From Alphaproteobacteria bacterium (GTDB lineage: Bacteria > Pseudomonadota > Alphaproteobacteria > MPNO01), in the NCBI GenBank assembly GCA_964291675.2, contig OZ219866.1, positions 1,280,001 through 1,344,000 on the forward strand: a DNA stretch of 64,000 nt, read 5' to 3'. A program made the translations under genes and the position numbers. The notes below the pieces were generated by a model. The model saw only the letters and a program-made list of their open reading frames with translations, made no database searches and was not told the origin of the DNA. Below, piece by piece: positions 62,787-64,000 of this stretch. The number at the start of each line of letters is the position of its first letter. Position 1 is the first letter of the stretch.

Positions 62787-63485
62787 ATGGCGGATCGGGA
62801 GAAGGCACTCATCGTCGGGGCCGGCAGCGGGCTCAGCGCCTCGCTGGCGCGGCTGTTCCACGGGGAAGGCATGGCGGTGGCGCTGGCCGCGCGCAATGCG
62901 GACAAGCTGGACGGCCTGTGCTCCGAGATCGGCGGCCGCGCGCATGCCTGCGATGCCTCCGACCCGCAGGCGGTGGCGGCGCTGTTCGAGGCCGTCACGG
63001 CGGATATCGGCGCCCCCGACGTGGTCGTCTTCAACCCGAGCTTTCGCGCGCGCGGGCCGATCGTCGACCTCGACCCGGAGCAGGTGCGAAAGGTCATCGA
63101 GATCAGCTGCTTCGGCGGCTTCCTGGTGGCCCAGCAGGCGGCGCGTCAGATGACGGCGCGCGGCTCCGGCACCATCCTGCTCACCGGCGCGTCGGCGAGC
63201 GTCAAGGGCTATGCCAATTCCTCCTCCTTCGCGGTGGGCAAGTTCGGGCTGCGCGGCCTCGCCCAGAGCCTGGCGCGGGAGCTTCAGCCGCAGGGTGTCC
63301 ATGTCGCGCATTTCGTCATCGACGGCGGCATCGCCAGAGCGGGCGACGCGCGGGTGGCCGAGCGCGGGCCGGACGGCACGCTCGACCCCGACGCCATTGC
63401 CGAGACCTATCTCCACATCCACCGCCAGCACCGCAGCGCCTGGACCTGGGAGGTCGAGGTCAGGCCGTGGGTGGAGAATTTCTGA
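62787..63485 (+). CDS. SDR family oxidoreductase
   Basis: IVGAGSGLS, TGASASVKG, FAVGKFGLRGLAQSLAREL, HVAHFVIDG, WTWEVEVRP. Confidence 0.92.
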   Translation: MADREKALIVGAGSGLSASLARLFHGEGMAVALAARNADKLDGLCSEIGGRAHACDASDPQAVAALFEAVTADIGAPDVVVFNPSFRARGPIVDLDPEQVRKVIEISCFGGFLVAQQAARQMTARGSGTILLTGASASVKGYANSSSFAVGKFGLRGLAQSLARELQPQGVHVAHFVIDGGIARAGDARVAERGPDGTLDPDAIAETYLHIHRQHRSAWTWEVEVRPWVENF

Positions 63486-63519
63486 CCCGGCGGAGGGCTT
63501 GCGCGTGCACGGCAAAGTC

Positions 63520-63990
63520 ATGGCCGCGGCGGGCCGCGCGGGGCTCGTCGCCGTGTTGCTGCTCGCCGGCCTCGCGCCAGCGCTCGGCGAGTCCGGAATC
63601 CGCGTCGTCCCCGCCTATTTGAAGAGCTCCCATCCCGCATCGGACACCCACTACAACACCGATCACCCGTCCCTCGGCGTCGGCGGGCCCGTGCGCGGAC
63701 AATGGCTGCGCTGGCGCGCCGGCATGGTGCGGAACTCCCATTCGCGCTGGGGGCCGTTCGCCGGTCTGTCCGGCACGCTGGAGGTGATCGGCGACTGGCG
63801 CGTGGGGCTGAACGCCGGAATCGCCGGGAACTACAGCCGCAACAACTGGTTTCGCATCGGCGTGCTGCCCATCGTGCAGTGGGAGGACCCGGACAGCGAC
63901 CTCATATGGGAGTTCGGGTTCGTCCGCCGCGAGGACGCGACCTTCGCCGGGGTGGGCGTCCACATCCCGCTTTCGCTGTGGACGAAATGA
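63520..63990 (+). CDS. Secreted/outer-membrane small beta-barrel protein, PagP-like
   Basis: Signal peptide; SSH...YNTDHPSLG, VRNSHSRWGPFAG; alternating Gly/aromatic-rich strands; start could be GTG 63505. Confidence 0.55.
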   Translation: MAAAGRAGLVAVLLLAGLAPALGESGIRVVPAYLKSSHPASDTHYNTDHPSLGVGGPVRGQWLRWRAGMVRNSHSRWGPFAGLSGTLEVIGDWRVGLNAGIAGNYSRNNWFRIGVLPIVQWEDPDSDLIWEFGFVRREDATFAGVGVHIPLSLWTK

Positions 63991-64000
63991 CCCGCGCGGT

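Overview
High-GC (roughly 70% by eye) bacterial chromosome segment, most likely an alphaproteobacterium (Rhodospirillales-like; inferred from DnaK/IleS/RpsU sequences, an RpoH-type promoter and the ribF-ileS-lspA-DUF3035-M16 peptidase-pgi-mutL gene order). About 60 protein genes and one tRNA-Arg(ACG). Housekeeping blocks (dnaK-dnaJ, panBC, rlmI, alkA, gluQ, ribF-ileS-lspA, pgi, mutL, rpsU, bioBA) alternate with accessory catabolic, detoxification and transport genes. No integrase, transposase, prophage or CRISPR array is visible. Main observations: (1) the gene at the left edge appears to be an AhpD-like selenoprotein missed by the ORF track, with an in-frame TGA at 209-211 in a C-V-Y-U-T-S-A-H motif and a SECIS-like hairpin just downstream; (2) a ~2.1 kb tandem duplication of a TRAP dctP-dctQ unit with a visible microhomology junction, chimeric gene remnants, diverging binding proteins lacking the carboxylate-binding Arg, and an identical tract in dctQ; (3) a PcpC-like GST / GST / glutathionyl-hydroquinone reductase operon divergent from a flavin monooxygenase; (4) a lone restriction-endonuclease-fold plus HEPN-like gene; (5) an lvaCAB-like 4-hydroxyacyl-CoA module behind metY; (6) a PagP-like beta-barrel gene. 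All calls come from motif recognition by eye; no searches were run, and some start codons are approximate.
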